Positions 1 through 9,168 of a stretch of 64,000 bases of DNA are shown here, one piece after another. The notes under the pieces are model-generated. The model was not told where the DNA came from. It searched no databases and saw nothing but the letters and a program-made list of their open reading frames with translations. Positions within the stretch are counted from its first letter, which is position 1. The number at the start of each line of letters is the position of its first letter. This DNA comes from Euryarchaeota archaeon SCGC AAA252-I15. Lineage in GTDB: Archaea; Altiarchaeota; Altiarchaeia; IMC4; SCGC-AAA252-I15. The position numbers and the translations under genes were made by a program. The DNA lies in contig AQSC01000060.1 in assembly GCA_000402775.1 (NCBI GenBank), positions 31,780 to 95,779 of the forward strand, given 5' to 3'.

Positions 1-2
1 GT

Positions 3-830
3 AGGCAGGAGGATTTAACACGCAAGTCGGAAGAGACTTTCGTAAACACACTGGTCTTGCTGAATGATGAGGATCTTAAAGGTTTTTTTTCCTCGATTTT
101 GTCGGCAGCCGACGAAGACAATTCTCTGGCTCCGGCTGCAACGCATATTCTGTCAGAATTATTGCCTGAGCGCATGGAGAGTCTTGATGTGCTTTCCGAT
201 ACGCTCCTTGGGAAGTTCGCGCTCGGAGAACGAGACGACGCCGTCGTGGACTCGCTTATTAACGTGAAGATAAGGGAGGCGTTACAAGACAATACTCTTT
301 CGGATTCGACCATGTTATTTCTGGCACGTTACATGGAAAGGAGGGTTCCCGGAATGGCCGAACACTTGATCGAGCGGCTGAACTACCTGGAGCATCCGAA
401 TTCGATAGTCTGCAGTGCTCTTACCGCCTTCCACCATCCACCCGTGAACGAGCTGACTCAGCGGGGTCTTTCCGCTTCTGATTCAGATCTTTCCGCATTA
501 GGGTCCGTTCTCGCCGGTATCGGGGAGCCGGCGCTCGACGTATTAACTTACACTTTCGAGGAGGGTGTCAGGCAATTGGGGCAGAAAGCGTCCCTCCTTA
601 CCATGAGGGGATTATTCATCCCGAAAACCAGGCAGGAGACTGCAGACCCGAAAAAACGGGCTGAGCAAGAGAGGATGGAAGAGAAGCTTAGAAAATTCTG
701 GCTCGACCACGGCGCAAGCACGCTCGTGGAGGCTCAGGAATTTGAGGCCAGAGGCGGCCCTATGGCACATTCGGGCGAGCGCCTGCGAGAGCGGGCTGAA
801 AGTTTCGATCGTATGATGAATGGTCTTTGA
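3..830 (+). CDS. HEAT-like helical repeat protein, tandem family member 0 (5' end cut by window edge)
   Basis: Frame is open from nt 3 to the stop at 828-830, so the gene probably starts upstream of the window. It contains NSLAPAATHILSELLPERMESLDVL, which aligns with SLFEPAIRVLALNLADEIPDLPKVL of the downstream paralogs. The next gene starts 3 nt after the stop. Confidence 0.6.
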   Translation, partial: RQEDLTRKSEETFVNTLVLLNDEDLKGFFSSILSAADEDNSLAPAATHILSELLPERMESLDVLSDTLLGKFALGERDDAVVDSLINVKIREALQDNTLSDSTMLFLARYMERRVPGMAEHLIERLNYLEHPNSIVCSALTAFHHPPVNELTQRGLSASDSDLSALGSVLAGIGEPALDVLTYTFEEGVRQLGQKASLLTMRGLFIPKTRQETADPKKRAEQERMEEKLRKFWLDHGASTLVEAQEFEARGGPMAHSGERLRERAESFDRMMNGL

Positions 831-832
831 GT

Positions 833-2086
833 ATGCATAAGGGTTTTTTACCAAAGGATGCTGTGAAAGCGGAGATTGTCAGAAACATTGAGGTGATGTG
901 TGGTAGGGAGGATGATGCCGCCGAGGAGGCTATGGGTTTCTTAATTGGTGAGGGTGAGCACGCAGTCCCTCAATTGCTGAGGAGATACGCCTTCACGGGA
1001 TTGGGCAGTAATCCGGTAGCACATTATAGACTGTCCCAGACGGTTGCAAAAATAGGGGTTGATGGGTCGGATGCCGTAGTCGACGAGATGATTAACTGGC
1101 TTTCCCGGGACGACCAGTCGTCTAAGGCTTCGATTGCTTTAACCTTGATGTTGAAGGACGCTGAACCTGGAAGGAGGGTTAGTATCGAGGGGAAAATCAG
1201 GGGGGCTCAAGATGATCCTGGAAAGAGGGAGGCGGCGTCCCGTGCATTGGATAGGTCTGCGCACGGAGTAGGGAAGACCATTAACAGCCTTCAAACCCTT
1301 TCAGGGAATGATCTTGTGTTGGCGGTGAAGGATGTCGGGATGGTTGTGAACGAACTACTCCACTCAGACCATACTAGGGAGGCGCAGAATGCCATAAGTC
1401 ACGCCACCCGCCCACTCCTCACTGTTGTTGGTGAGGGAATGGACAAGTTGGGCTTCAGACCCAACGAAAACACACTGCAGGTCTTTAGGGAGTGGGCAAT
1501 GTTTGAGCCGGAATTCATTGCAGACCAGATAATCAAAGTCGGATCAGACTACACAGACTACTTTGAACCCGCAATACGTGTGCTTAAAATGCTTTCAAGA
1601 ACAATTGAAGGTTTTGACGAAGCTGTCGCAGACCGGCTGATATTCGACGGGAATGCAAACGACGTCGCAATGAACGGTCTGGCAGCCCTTGAAAAACCGC
1701 CTGTAGGTTATTTAATACGTAATGTGAGGGATGCTAACGACTTGCATGTTTTCGCATTGGGGGGATGTCTCAGCCACATGGGACTTAAAGGACTTAAGCC
1801 CATAACAGCGTCTTATGAAGACATGGACCCGAAGATGAAGTCGCAAAGCCTAAAGCTTTTATGGTATTTCGCAAAACGCGTGGAAACAGGCTCAGTCAAT
1901 GAGGGACAATCAGGGGAACTTAATGACATCCACCATGAACTCTGCCAGTTCTGGGAGGCTGGAGACAGCATTAAAAGCGAGGCATTCGAAAGCGGGATAA
2001 CAGAGTTTCGGGAAGCGGGTGAAAGACTTGCCGAGCTTATGGGAAAAATCGGCAAACCCGAAGGATACAATCCGATAGAGGATTAA
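833..2086 (+). CDS. HEAT-like helical repeat protein, tandem paralog 1 (uncharacterised)
   Basis: ATG at 833 (track used TTG 827). N-terminus is MHKG.., like its neighbours. HEAT/PBS-lyase-like motif AAEEAMGFLIGEGEHAVPQLL. Shared motifs RLSQTVAKIG and YFEPAIRVL. No catalytic motifs seen. Confidence 0.7.
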   Translation: MHKGFLPKDAVKAEIVRNIEVMCGREDDAAEEAMGFLIGEGEHAVPQLLRRYAFTGLGSNPVAHYRLSQTVAKIGVDGSDAVVDEMINWLSRDDQSSKASIALTLMLKDAEPGRRVSIEGKIRGAQDDPGKREAASRALDRSAHGVGKTINSLQTLSGNDLVLAVKDVGMVVNELLHSDHTREAQNAISHATRPLLTVVGEGMDKLGFRPNENTLQVFREWAMFEPEFIADQIIKVGSDYTDYFEPAIRVLKMLSRTIEGFDEAVADRLIFDGNANDVAMNGLAALEKPPVGYLIRNVRDANDLHVFALGGCLSHMGLKGLKPITASYEDMDPKMKSQSLKLLWYFAKRVETGSVNEGQSGELNDIHHELCQFWEAGDSIKSEAFESGITEFREAGERLAELMGKIGKPEGYNPIED

Positions 2087-2088
2087 GG

Positions 2089-3387
2089 ATGCATAAACAG
2101 AAGACACCTGATGATGAGTTGCGCGAAACCATTGTAGATAAGATGAGGATACTCGACGGGTCAAGGGATGGAGGATTAGTTCAGGGTGCGATGGATGATC
2201 TTGCAGGGCTTGGACCCGCCGCAGTCCAGATCATGCTTGAGGAGTACGACAATCTTTCGACGTTCAGCCACAGGTTCGGTTGGGTGAGGCTTGCAGAAGT
2301 CCTCGGGAGAATTGGATCTGATGAAGTGGTGGATCACGGACTAAAGCTCCTTGGGCAAGGAGACGACTTCCACAACGAGCCAGTTGTGAAAGGCATGCAA
2401 CTTTTAAACCATGTCTTGAAAAGCTGCAGTCCAGACAGATTCCGGCAAGTTTACGGGCGACTCGAAGAAGAGGCAGGAATGAACGAAAGCGGTGACATTC
2501 ACTCTCACTTGCACATGATTCTTATGGGTGCGAACCGAATGCGAGGTGATATGGACAGGGAGATTGACCGTTGCATCGAACAGTTGGAAGCTCCTGAGTC
2601 GAGTGATAGAGAGGATGCAATCACGACTATCACCATACACGGAAGCGAGCTACTTGACGAGCTTAAGGTAAGTGAGACTGAGGGTTTGATGGTGAAGGTA
2701 ACGCCTCCGCTTTTAAGGATTATCCACGATCGTCAGGGCGTCAAGCACGCCTTTGACTATGCAGGGGTTATGAACTGCTTTAAAGAATGGGGGGAGCATG
2801 CGGACAGGATCCAGGATTTAGGGGACCCGAAAAACGTGTTGCGGCTTAAGACCGTTGACGCGATAGTCGACCCCATAAATGCTGCGGGTGAGGGGGATGA
2901 AAGCCTTTTTGAGCCGGCGATCAGAGTCCTCGCATTGAATCTTGCTGATGAAATCCCGGATTTGCCGAAAGTACTGGTGAGGAAAATACAGGGTGAGGGA
3001 GACGTGGGTTTAGTCGCACACAACGCGCTTTTCAACATCAACCCCAAGAGAATAGTTGACTGTATTCGCACGGCCCACAAGTCGGAATTTGCGATATTAA
3101 CCGCCTCACTCGCAGATGGAGGAGAGAGGAATTGGGATGCCGCATTCGCCTACGCAAGCGAGGAGGAGCCAGAGTCTAAAGTCCGCGGCCTCGCCGTGCT
3201 CAGCGGCTTCGCAGTCCGAATAGCACACGGAAGCAGGGAACCCGAAATCCAAAGCGAACTCGCGTTAATCGAGGGAAAGATGCGGGGAGACGACATGAAA
3301 AAACTGTTGGATGCTGCTAAAGACTCTGACACCAACGAACTTCGCGAGCAGGCAACATTAATAAACTCTCTAATGAGAATAATTTGA
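2089..3387 (+). CDS. HEAT-like helical repeat protein, tandem paralog 2 (uncharacterised)
   Basis: Starts 3 nt after the upstream stop. N-terminus MHKQK. Motifs GAMDDLAGLGPAAVQIML, RLAEVLGRIGS and SLFEPAIRVLALNLADEIPDLPKVLVRKI are shared with its neighbours. Confidence 0.7.
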   Translation: MHKQKTPDDELRETIVDKMRILDGSRDGGLVQGAMDDLAGLGPAAVQIMLEEYDNLSTFSHRFGWVRLAEVLGRIGSDEVVDHGLKLLGQGDDFHNEPVVKGMQLLNHVLKSCSPDRFRQVYGRLEEEAGMNESGDIHSHLHMILMGANRMRGDMDREIDRCIEQLEAPESSDREDAITTITIHGSELLDELKVSETEGLMVKVTPPLLRIIHDRQGVKHAFDYAGVMNCFKEWGEHADRIQDLGDPKNVLRLKTVDAIVDPINAAGEGDESLFEPAIRVLALNLADEIPDLPKVLVRKIQGEGDVGLVAHNALFNINPKRIVDCIRTAHKSEFAILTASLADGGERNWDAAFAYASEEEPESKVRGLAVLSGFAVRIAHGSREPEIQSELALIEGKMRGDDMKKLLDAAKDSDTNELREQATLINSLMRII

Positions 3388-3388
3388 T

Positions 3389-4711
3389 ATGCAAAGGCAG
3401 TCTGAGAGTCCGGAAGAGAAGGAGATTGCCAGAAGGATTAATGTCTTATCCAAGAATCCGGATTACTCGCAGGAAGTTACTCGCGAGCAGTGGAGCGCGG
3501 CCGAAAAGTTTTTGAGAGCCCAGGGTGAGCGGGCGCTGCCGCAGGTGTGCGATTATTATGGGCGGACCACTGACAGCGACACGTGCGTGTTCGCGTTCGC
3601 GCGAGTCCTCGGGGACATTGCAGCCAACGGTAGCGAGGAGGCAGCCGACCAGGTGGTGGACCTCGGGCTCTCGCTCATTACAGGGGATTTCCACGACGAA
3701 CCGAAGGGGCAGAACATATTGCAGTCAGTACTCATGGAATGCAAGGACCCCGACCGTAGAAGACATCTTATCGCGCGAATGCGCGCAGCTAAAAACTCCG
3801 ACGAACCGGTTAGCGAGACTCGGGAAAGCCTCGTAAGCTATGTCGTAGGCTCCGAGGCCATGCATCCTGGCGGAGGAGAGGAAGACCTCAACACACTCTT
3901 CGAAAACCTGGAATCCCCTGATTCAAACATCCACGGGACGGCAGCAAGCCAGCTTGCAGTGCGGGTCGGAGGCGAACTGGATGAAGGAAACGTTTCCGCT
4001 GCGAGAGACATGCTTGAGAGGGGAACCCCGACGCTGCTCAAAATCATCGGACAGTCAGCGCATGTACGAGCCCAGCTCACTTTAGCCCACGGAATGGGTT
4101 TTTACGATGAGATGGGTTTGAGTATCGAGCGCATGAACGATCCCGACTTAAAGATCCGAGCGACTGACGCGCTGGTATCTGAGACTGCGAAGGCGGTAAG
4201 AGCGGACGAAAGCTTAAGTGATGCGGGAGTCCGCGCACTCTCCTTTGCCGTGGCCGGGCGCGTGGAAGGCCTTCCAAAGCTTCTCGCGCGGAGGATACTC
4301 TTGGAATTGGAAGAGGAAGATCCGGAATTCTTTGCTCAGTGCCTTTACAACATAAATACTCCGCAGCTTGTAAGAAACGGGCTTAGCGCAGACCAATACG
4401 AGATTACAGTATTAACAAGCATTATAGGCTTTAAAGGAGATGAACCTTTGACCGAAATCTTGAATGCTGGTGAATCCGAACCCGCGGTAAAGTGCCTTAG
4501 AAGGCTTGCCTTGATTGGGTCGGTGGCTTATGAAACCTACACGAAAATCTCAGAGAGGGTAGACTTAGAAGAGTCTGGGATACTGCGCGAAAGGCTTTTG
4601 GGTGGGGAGGTTGATCAATATCTCGCCAAAGCCCGGGAATCGGGTGACCCCACCGTAGACCAGCAAGTCGCCGAAGTCCGGCATGCACTACAACTTTTAA
4701 AGGATGCTTGA
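3389..4711 (+). CDS. HEAT-like helical repeat protein, tandem paralog 3 (uncharacterised)
   Basis: Starts 2 nt after the upstream stop. N-terminus MQRQ. Motifs AAEKFLRAQGERALPQV, FARVLGDIA, LESPDSNIHGTAASQLA and SLSDAGVRALSFAVAGRVEGLPKLLARRI. Confidence 0.7.
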   Translation: MQRQSESPEEKEIARRINVLSKNPDYSQEVTREQWSAAEKFLRAQGERALPQVCDYYGRTTDSDTCVFAFARVLGDIAANGSEEAADQVVDLGLSLITGDFHDEPKGQNILQSVLMECKDPDRRRHLIARMRAAKNSDEPVSETRESLVSYVVGSEAMHPGGGEEDLNTLFENLESPDSNIHGTAASQLAVRVGGELDEGNVSAARDMLERGTPTLLKIIGQSAHVRAQLTLAHGMGFYDEMGLSIERMNDPDLKIRATDALVSETAKAVRADESLSDAGVRALSFAVAGRVEGLPKLLARRILLELEEEDPEFFAQCLYNINTPQLVRNGLSADQYEITVLTSIIGFKGDEPLTEILNAGESEPAVKCLRRLALIGSVAYETYTKISERVDLEESGILRERLLGGEVDQYLAKARESGDPTVDQQVAEVRHALQLLKDA

Positions 4712-4712
4712 A

Positions 4713-6032
4713 ATGCAAAAACAGGAGCCTAAACCACCGGATGAGGGATTGACCGTCGCGAAAGCGGTGGAAAAGCTCGTTAAAGCGCTGGACAGGGAGG
4801 ATGTGTCAGCCGAGATGACGTATCTCACAACCCAGGGTCCCGCAGCAGTACCCGCGCTTGGGGAAGCACTTAAAGAAGAAGCAGGTTTTCAGGGCTCGTC
4901 GATGGGAAGGCTCGCCGAAGCTCTCGCCCGGATAGCATCGGAAGGAAGCAACGAGCCAATCGATCTCATGCTCGACTGGATGGGAAGGGACATAACAGAC
5001 TTATACGACCGCGACTCAAAAAGCGGCTACTGGTATGCGATTTTCTCCGGTGTATGCAGTAATCCCGCGCGGAAGCGCGAAGTCTTGCAGAGGATGGGGG
5101 AGGCTAGAAACGATGCAGACCACCCTTACAGAGAGCTTACTGCAGGAAACCTCATCGCATACGAGAACGTGACGGAAAGAGATAGTGGGGAAGGCCCTGA
5201 CGAAGCTGCGGAACAAATGCTTACCTCAGATTCACCTCAACAAAAATTCCCGGCAATAGAAGCGTTCACACACATAACAAAAGAACAGATTAGTGGTGGA
5301 AGAGTAAGCGAAGCCAGAGAGACTCTCGCAAAGGCAGCGCCCGCCATGCTCCAGACCGTGGCTGATTACGTTAAAACCGACAAGCCGACGCTTGAGATGG
5401 GCGGGTCAGTGGTAGGATTCACAGAACTCGCCCAAGAAGCGGCGAAACTACCGCAGCCGGAGTGCTTTCACGCGCTCGGGATGATAGCAGACTGCATCCT
5501 AGATGCGGCACACGAAAACCCCGAGCTCGCAGACCCTGCGGCAAGGGTGCTCGGACGCGTGATTCCGGCGGAAGTCCCGGGTTTTGGGAAAACACTCGTC
5601 ACGAAAGTGGCGGGCGAAGACGAGAAAAGCCCGGTGGCGTTGACGGCGCTCGCAGTCATGAAACCGGAGCAGCTTATCGGATGCGCCAACATAGCACACA
5701 TGACGGAGATGACGCTCATCGGAACCGCCCTCCACCTGCAGGGGCCTAATGCTTTCCTCTTGCTGGTGCATGAAATCGATTCGGGAGATCGGGAGCGCGT
5801 CGTCAAGGGCCTGACTCTAATGGCTGGTGTAGCTCGACACTTGCACGATCCCGAAAGAAACCCCGAACGCGTTTTAGACAACCAGGGGACATACGATTTT
5901 CTTTTGGGGGGTGATATGGTTCAACATTTATCAGCCATAAGAAGTCCCGACGATGAAGGTCTAAATCATCACATTGACTTGTTCGAAAACATGTTAGACG
6001 AGTTAAGGCAAATGGGCCCGCCAGGCTCGTGA
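4713..6032 (+). CDS. HEAT-like helical repeat protein, tandem paralog 4 (uncharacterised)
   Basis: ATG 4713 gives MQKQ, consistent with the sibling N-termini; the alternative ATG 4704 overlaps the upstream stop. Motifs YLTTQGPAAVPALGEAL, RLAEALARIAS and ELADPAARVLGRVIPAEVPGFGKTLVTKV. Confidence 0.7.
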   Translation: MQKQEPKPPDEGLTVAKAVEKLVKALDREDVSAEMTYLTTQGPAAVPALGEALKEEAGFQGSSMGRLAEALARIASEGSNEPIDLMLDWMGRDITDLYDRDSKSGYWYAIFSGVCSNPARKREVLQRMGEARNDADHPYRELTAGNLIAYENVTERDSGEGPDEAAEQMLTSDSPQQKFPAIEAFTHITKEQISGGRVSEARETLAKAAPAMLQTVADYVKTDKPTLEMGGSVVGFTELAQEAAKLPQPECFHALGMIADCILDAAHENPELADPAARVLGRVIPAEVPGFGKTLVTKVAGEDEKSPVALTALAVMKPEQLIGCANIAHMTEMTLIGTALHLQGPNAFLLLVHEIDSGDRERVVKGLTLMAGVARHLHDPERNPERVLDNQGTYDFLLGGDMVQHLSAIRSPDDEGLNHHIDLFENMLDELRQMGPPGS

Positions 6033-6066
6033 GGAATTTTAATACCTGTTCTGTGATTACTTTACC

Positions 6067-6969
6067 ATGTCTGACGTTGATATTGTGGCGGAAAGCATTC
6101 GGAGCATGAAGGTTCGGGGTGCTCGAGACATCGCAGTCGCCGCAGCCCTTGCACTCAAGAAAATAGTGGATGAAGGAGGTAAGATACCGGAACTTGAACC
6201 TGCCGGCGAAAAACTCAAGGCTGCAAGGCCTAGCGCGATAGCACTTCCCAACGCCGTAAACTACGTCATGTATCTAGCCGACGGAAACAAAAGCTTGTCC
6301 GATGAGGAATTCAAGGAAAAGACCATGAAGGATATCGACGGATTCCTCGATCAGATGGCCAAGTCGGTGAAAAAAATCGCGGAAATCGGAGCTGAAATAA
6401 TAAGGGAGGGGGAGACTCTTCTCACCCACTGTCAGAGTGACACCGTCTTTGAGATATTTTCGAAAGCGTGGGACGACGGGAAAAAAATCAAGGTCGTGTG
6501 CACTGAAGCACGGCCCAGACACCAAGGATACTTGACCGCCAGGAAATGCTCGGAACACGGGATTCCGACAACACTCGTGATTGATTCAGCAGTCCACTGG
6601 GCGATTCGCGAGCTTGACGTAGACAAGATTTTCGTGGGAGCCGACACGGTTTGCGCGAACGGCGACGTCGTAAACAAGGTGGGGACGAGCCAGATCGCGT
6701 TGTGCGCTGACGAGGCAGACATCGACTTTTTCGTCGCAGCCGACTCGCTAAAATTTTCCGCGGAAAGCATGATGGGAAGGATGGTGAACATTGAGGAGAG
6801 GGATACTTCAGAAGTCACAGAGATTCCTAACGTAACTATTCGAAACCCCGGCTTCGACGTGACCGAAGCCAAATACATCGACGCAATCATAACCGAAGAA
6901 GGAATCATGCCGCCGCAAGGAGCTTACCCGCTTCTCAAGGAAAAATACGGTTGGGAGCTTAAAGGTTGA
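6067..6969 (+). CDS. eIF-2B alpha/beta/delta-family protein (archaeal e2b2 type; candidate ribose-1,5-bisphosphate isomerase)
   Basis: 300 aa with family-typical regions VRGARDIAVAAA, GADTVCANGDVVNKVGT and RNPGFDVT. The subfamily (R15P isomerase versus aIF-2B) cannot be resolved by eye. Confidence 0.7.
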   Translation: MSDVDIVAESIRSMKVRGARDIAVAAALALKKIVDEGGKIPELEPAGEKLKAARPSAIALPNAVNYVMYLADGNKSLSDEEFKEKTMKDIDGFLDQMAKSVKKIAEIGAEIIREGETLLTHCQSDTVFEIFSKAWDDGKKIKVVCTEARPRHQGYLTARKCSEHGIPTTLVIDSAVHWAIRELDVDKIFVGADTVCANGDVVNKVGTSQIALCADEADIDFFVAADSLKFSAESMMGRMVNIEERDTSEVTEIPNVTIRNPGFDVTEAKYIDAIITEEGIMPPQGAYPLLKEKYGWELKG

Positions 6970-6971
6970 AG

Positions 6972-7883
6972 ATGAACTTGGAAAGACTTGAAGTTAAAGG
7001 TAAGAAGGATAGTTACGTCTGGATTGACGTTGTCAAACCCTCCAAAGAGGAGTTGGACGAGTTGGGTGAAAAATACAACCTCCATCACCTGGCGCTTGAA
7101 GACTGTCTGAGCGAGCTGCAGCGGCCTAAGATTGAGGATTACGGAGAATACTCTTTTGTTGTGGTAAAGCATTTGTCGTACAACCATAAATTGAGTAGAA
7201 GCCAGATGGCATTTTTTGTGGGGAAAGGATTCATCATCACAATCCACAAGGAGAAGATGGACTTCATCGATGAAATCAGAGAAAACAAGCTTTCACCGGG
7301 ATCCTATAAGATCTCGGACACGCCAGACTACACGCTATACCTTCTGATGGATAGGATCATAGACGACTACTTCAATGTCGAAGACAGTTTCTCCGATGAA
7401 ATTGCGAAAATCGAGCAGACAGTAATTCGAAAGCCAACCAGGAAGGTCTTGGAAAACATCATGAAGACGAGGAGGGAACTCATAAAGTTTCGAAGGCACG
7501 TGAGTCCGCTCAGGGAGGTTTTGCACAACATGCAGGCGGGTGTTATGCCCGGGATTACGAAGGGAATGTCCTTCTATTTTAGGGATTTGCATGACCATAC
7601 CGTCCGGATTATCGAGCTTACAGAAACTCAGAGAGAGCTTATTTCAGGGGTTCTTGAGACTTACCTTTCCTCTGCCTCCAATTCGATGAACGAGGTCATG
7701 AAGGTTTTAACCGTGCTCGCATCGTTTATTCTCGTTCCAACCTTGATTTCGGGGATTTACGGGATGAACTTCAAGTTCATGCCAGAGATTTCGTGGAGGC
7801 TGGGTTACCCCTTCGCACTGTGCCTTATGACTGCAAGCGCAATTTTCCTTTGGTTGTTCTTCAAGAGGAAGCAGTGGATTTAA
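6972..7883 (+). CDS. corA: Magnesium/cobalt transporter CorA
   Basis: GMN signature (GIYGMNFKFMPE) followed by two C-terminal TM helices, with a soluble N-terminal domain. ATG at 6972; track TTG 6966 overlaps the upstream stop. Confidence 0.9.
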   Translation: MNLERLEVKGKKDSYVWIDVVKPSKEELDELGEKYNLHHLALEDCLSELQRPKIEDYGEYSFVVVKHLSYNHKLSRSQMAFFVGKGFIITIHKEKMDFIDEIRENKLSPGSYKISDTPDYTLYLLMDRIIDDYFNVEDSFSDEIAKIEQTVIRKPTRKVLENIMKTRRELIKFRRHVSPLREVLHNMQAGVMPGITKGMSFYFRDLHDHTVRIIELTETQRELISGVLETYLSSASNSMNEVMKVLTVLASFILVPTLISGIYGMNFKFMPEISWRLGYPFALCLMTASAIFLWLFFKRKQWI

Positions 7884-7889
7884 AGTTAA

Positions 7890-8339
7890 ATGATTTCCGC
7901 AGTAATCTTCTTTCTAGGGGGGCTTGCACTCCTCCTTAAAGGCAGTGACATGTTCGTCGACTCCTCAGTCCGGATTGCCAAGTACGCGGGAATTTCAGAG
8001 GTCGTTATAGGATTAACTTTGGTGGCGGTCGGCACGTCCCTTCCAGAGCTTGCCACCTCTGTCACGGCAGCATACTACGGGAACACGGGACTTGCCGTGG
8101 GAAACGTCGTCGAATCCAACATAGCAAACCTTTCGCTTGTCGTGGGAGTCTCTTCTTTCGTCTCTCCGATAATTATCCCGGAAACCTCGATTTCAGTCAC
8201 AATACCGCTTATGATAATATTGTCTTTTGTGACCGTCCTGTTCATTCGTAGTGGATGGCAGGTTCGAAGGCGTGAGGGAGTCTTCTTCTTGATATCTTAT
8301 GCTTCAATAATTATTTGGACGCTCCTAAGACTTAGATGA
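7890..8339 (+). CDS. Na+/Ca2+ exchanger-family membrane protein, half-size (single alpha-repeat)
   Basis: 149 aa, hydrophobic. Alpha-repeat motif GTSLPELATSV, and GNVVESNI in place of the usual GNVVGSNI. Only one of the two repeats normally found in YrbG/CaCA proteins is present. Confidence 0.6.
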   Translation: MISAVIFFLGGLALLLKGSDMFVDSSVRIAKYAGISEVVIGLTLVAVGTSLPELATSVTAAYYGNTGLAVGNVVESNIANLSLVVGVSSFVSPIIIPETSISVTIPLMIILSFVTVLFIRSGWQVRRREGVFFLISYASIIIWTLLRLR

Positions 8340-8358
8340 AACCGGCAAAAATATTAGT

Positions 8359-9126
8359 TCACCTGATTATCGAGAAGATGAGGTTTAGTATATCATTAAA
8401 CAACAGTTTAATCCAGCCGATGTATGGTAGCCTAACCCAACCCCTGGCCTTTAGCTGGGCTTCGTTTACGGGGAGCGCAATACCGCCGTTTAAGCCGCAC
8501 TGGTCGGCTGAAGGATTATTGTCTCCTTTAGTCACATAGATGTTATAGGAACCACTGTCAGGGTATTTCGTATACGGGCATCCTTCAAGGCCTTCCCTGC
8601 ACACCTTAATGTTTTGGATTGTTTTCTTGATCGTTTGATCGGTAAGACAGACTAGAGCTCCTTCTGTCTGAACTACTTCCTCATTGTTTACTGTGATTAC
8701 ACCCACCACCCGGTGGATTATCGGCTCTGTGGAGGAATACTGGTGCAAGTGAGCCAAGTCCCTCTCATAGATCACGACGTCTCCAAGTTTTGTGTCTGGA
8801 ATGATGTGGTATTTGCCGGGTGAGACCGTGAAGATCATGTCCCCGCGGGCGAAACCGTTTTGAAATTTAAATGAGTCTATTACTGAGGGGTCGTCAAGGT
8901 TGTCTGCAAGCCAGGTGTGCCATCCACCCCCGACATGTAGCATGCTGCCTGAGGTTACGACGACCAGGGGTACAAGGGTTTTTGAGCCGAAAAGCATTTT
9001 CAAAACGATGATTAAGACGAGTACTGTCACTCCAACTTCTATCAAGTCCTTGATCCAAAGCCATAGAGTATTTAGTAAACCGGTTTTTTTGCTTTCATCA
9101 GCCCTGAAATTCTGTCCGCCATTCAT
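8359..9126 (-). CDS. Signal peptidase I, archaeal/Sec11 type (S26B)
   Basis: N-terminal TM anchor followed by the SGSM box (VVVTSGSMLH), GDMIF, IIHRVVGV and KGDNNPSAD boxes typical of type I signal peptidases. Confidence 0.75.
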   Translation of the reverse strand: MNGGQNFRADESKKTGLLNTLWLWIKDLIEVGVTVLVLIIVLKMLFGSKTLVPLVVVTSGSMLHVGGGWHTWLADNLDDPSVIDSFKFQNGFARGDMIFTVSPGKYHIIPDTKLGDVVIYERDLAHLHQYSSTEPIIHRVVGVITVNNEEVVQTEGALVCLTDQTIKKTIQNIKVCREGLEGCPYTKYPDSGSYNIYVTKGDNNPSADQCGLNGGIALPVNEAQLKARGWVRLPYIGWIKLLFNDILNLIFSIIR

Positions 9127-9168
9127 TTTAAAAAGATTTTATTAATTGCAATCTCATGAATAAAAGAC
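9127..9168. promoter_or_regulatory. AT-rich divergent intergenic region with TATA-like boxes
   Basis: 42-nt spacer between divergent starts at 9126 and 9169: tttaaaaagattttattaattgcaatctcatgaataaaagac. ttttattaa lies about 23-32 nt upstream of the argD-like ATG. No experimental support. Confidence 0.3.
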
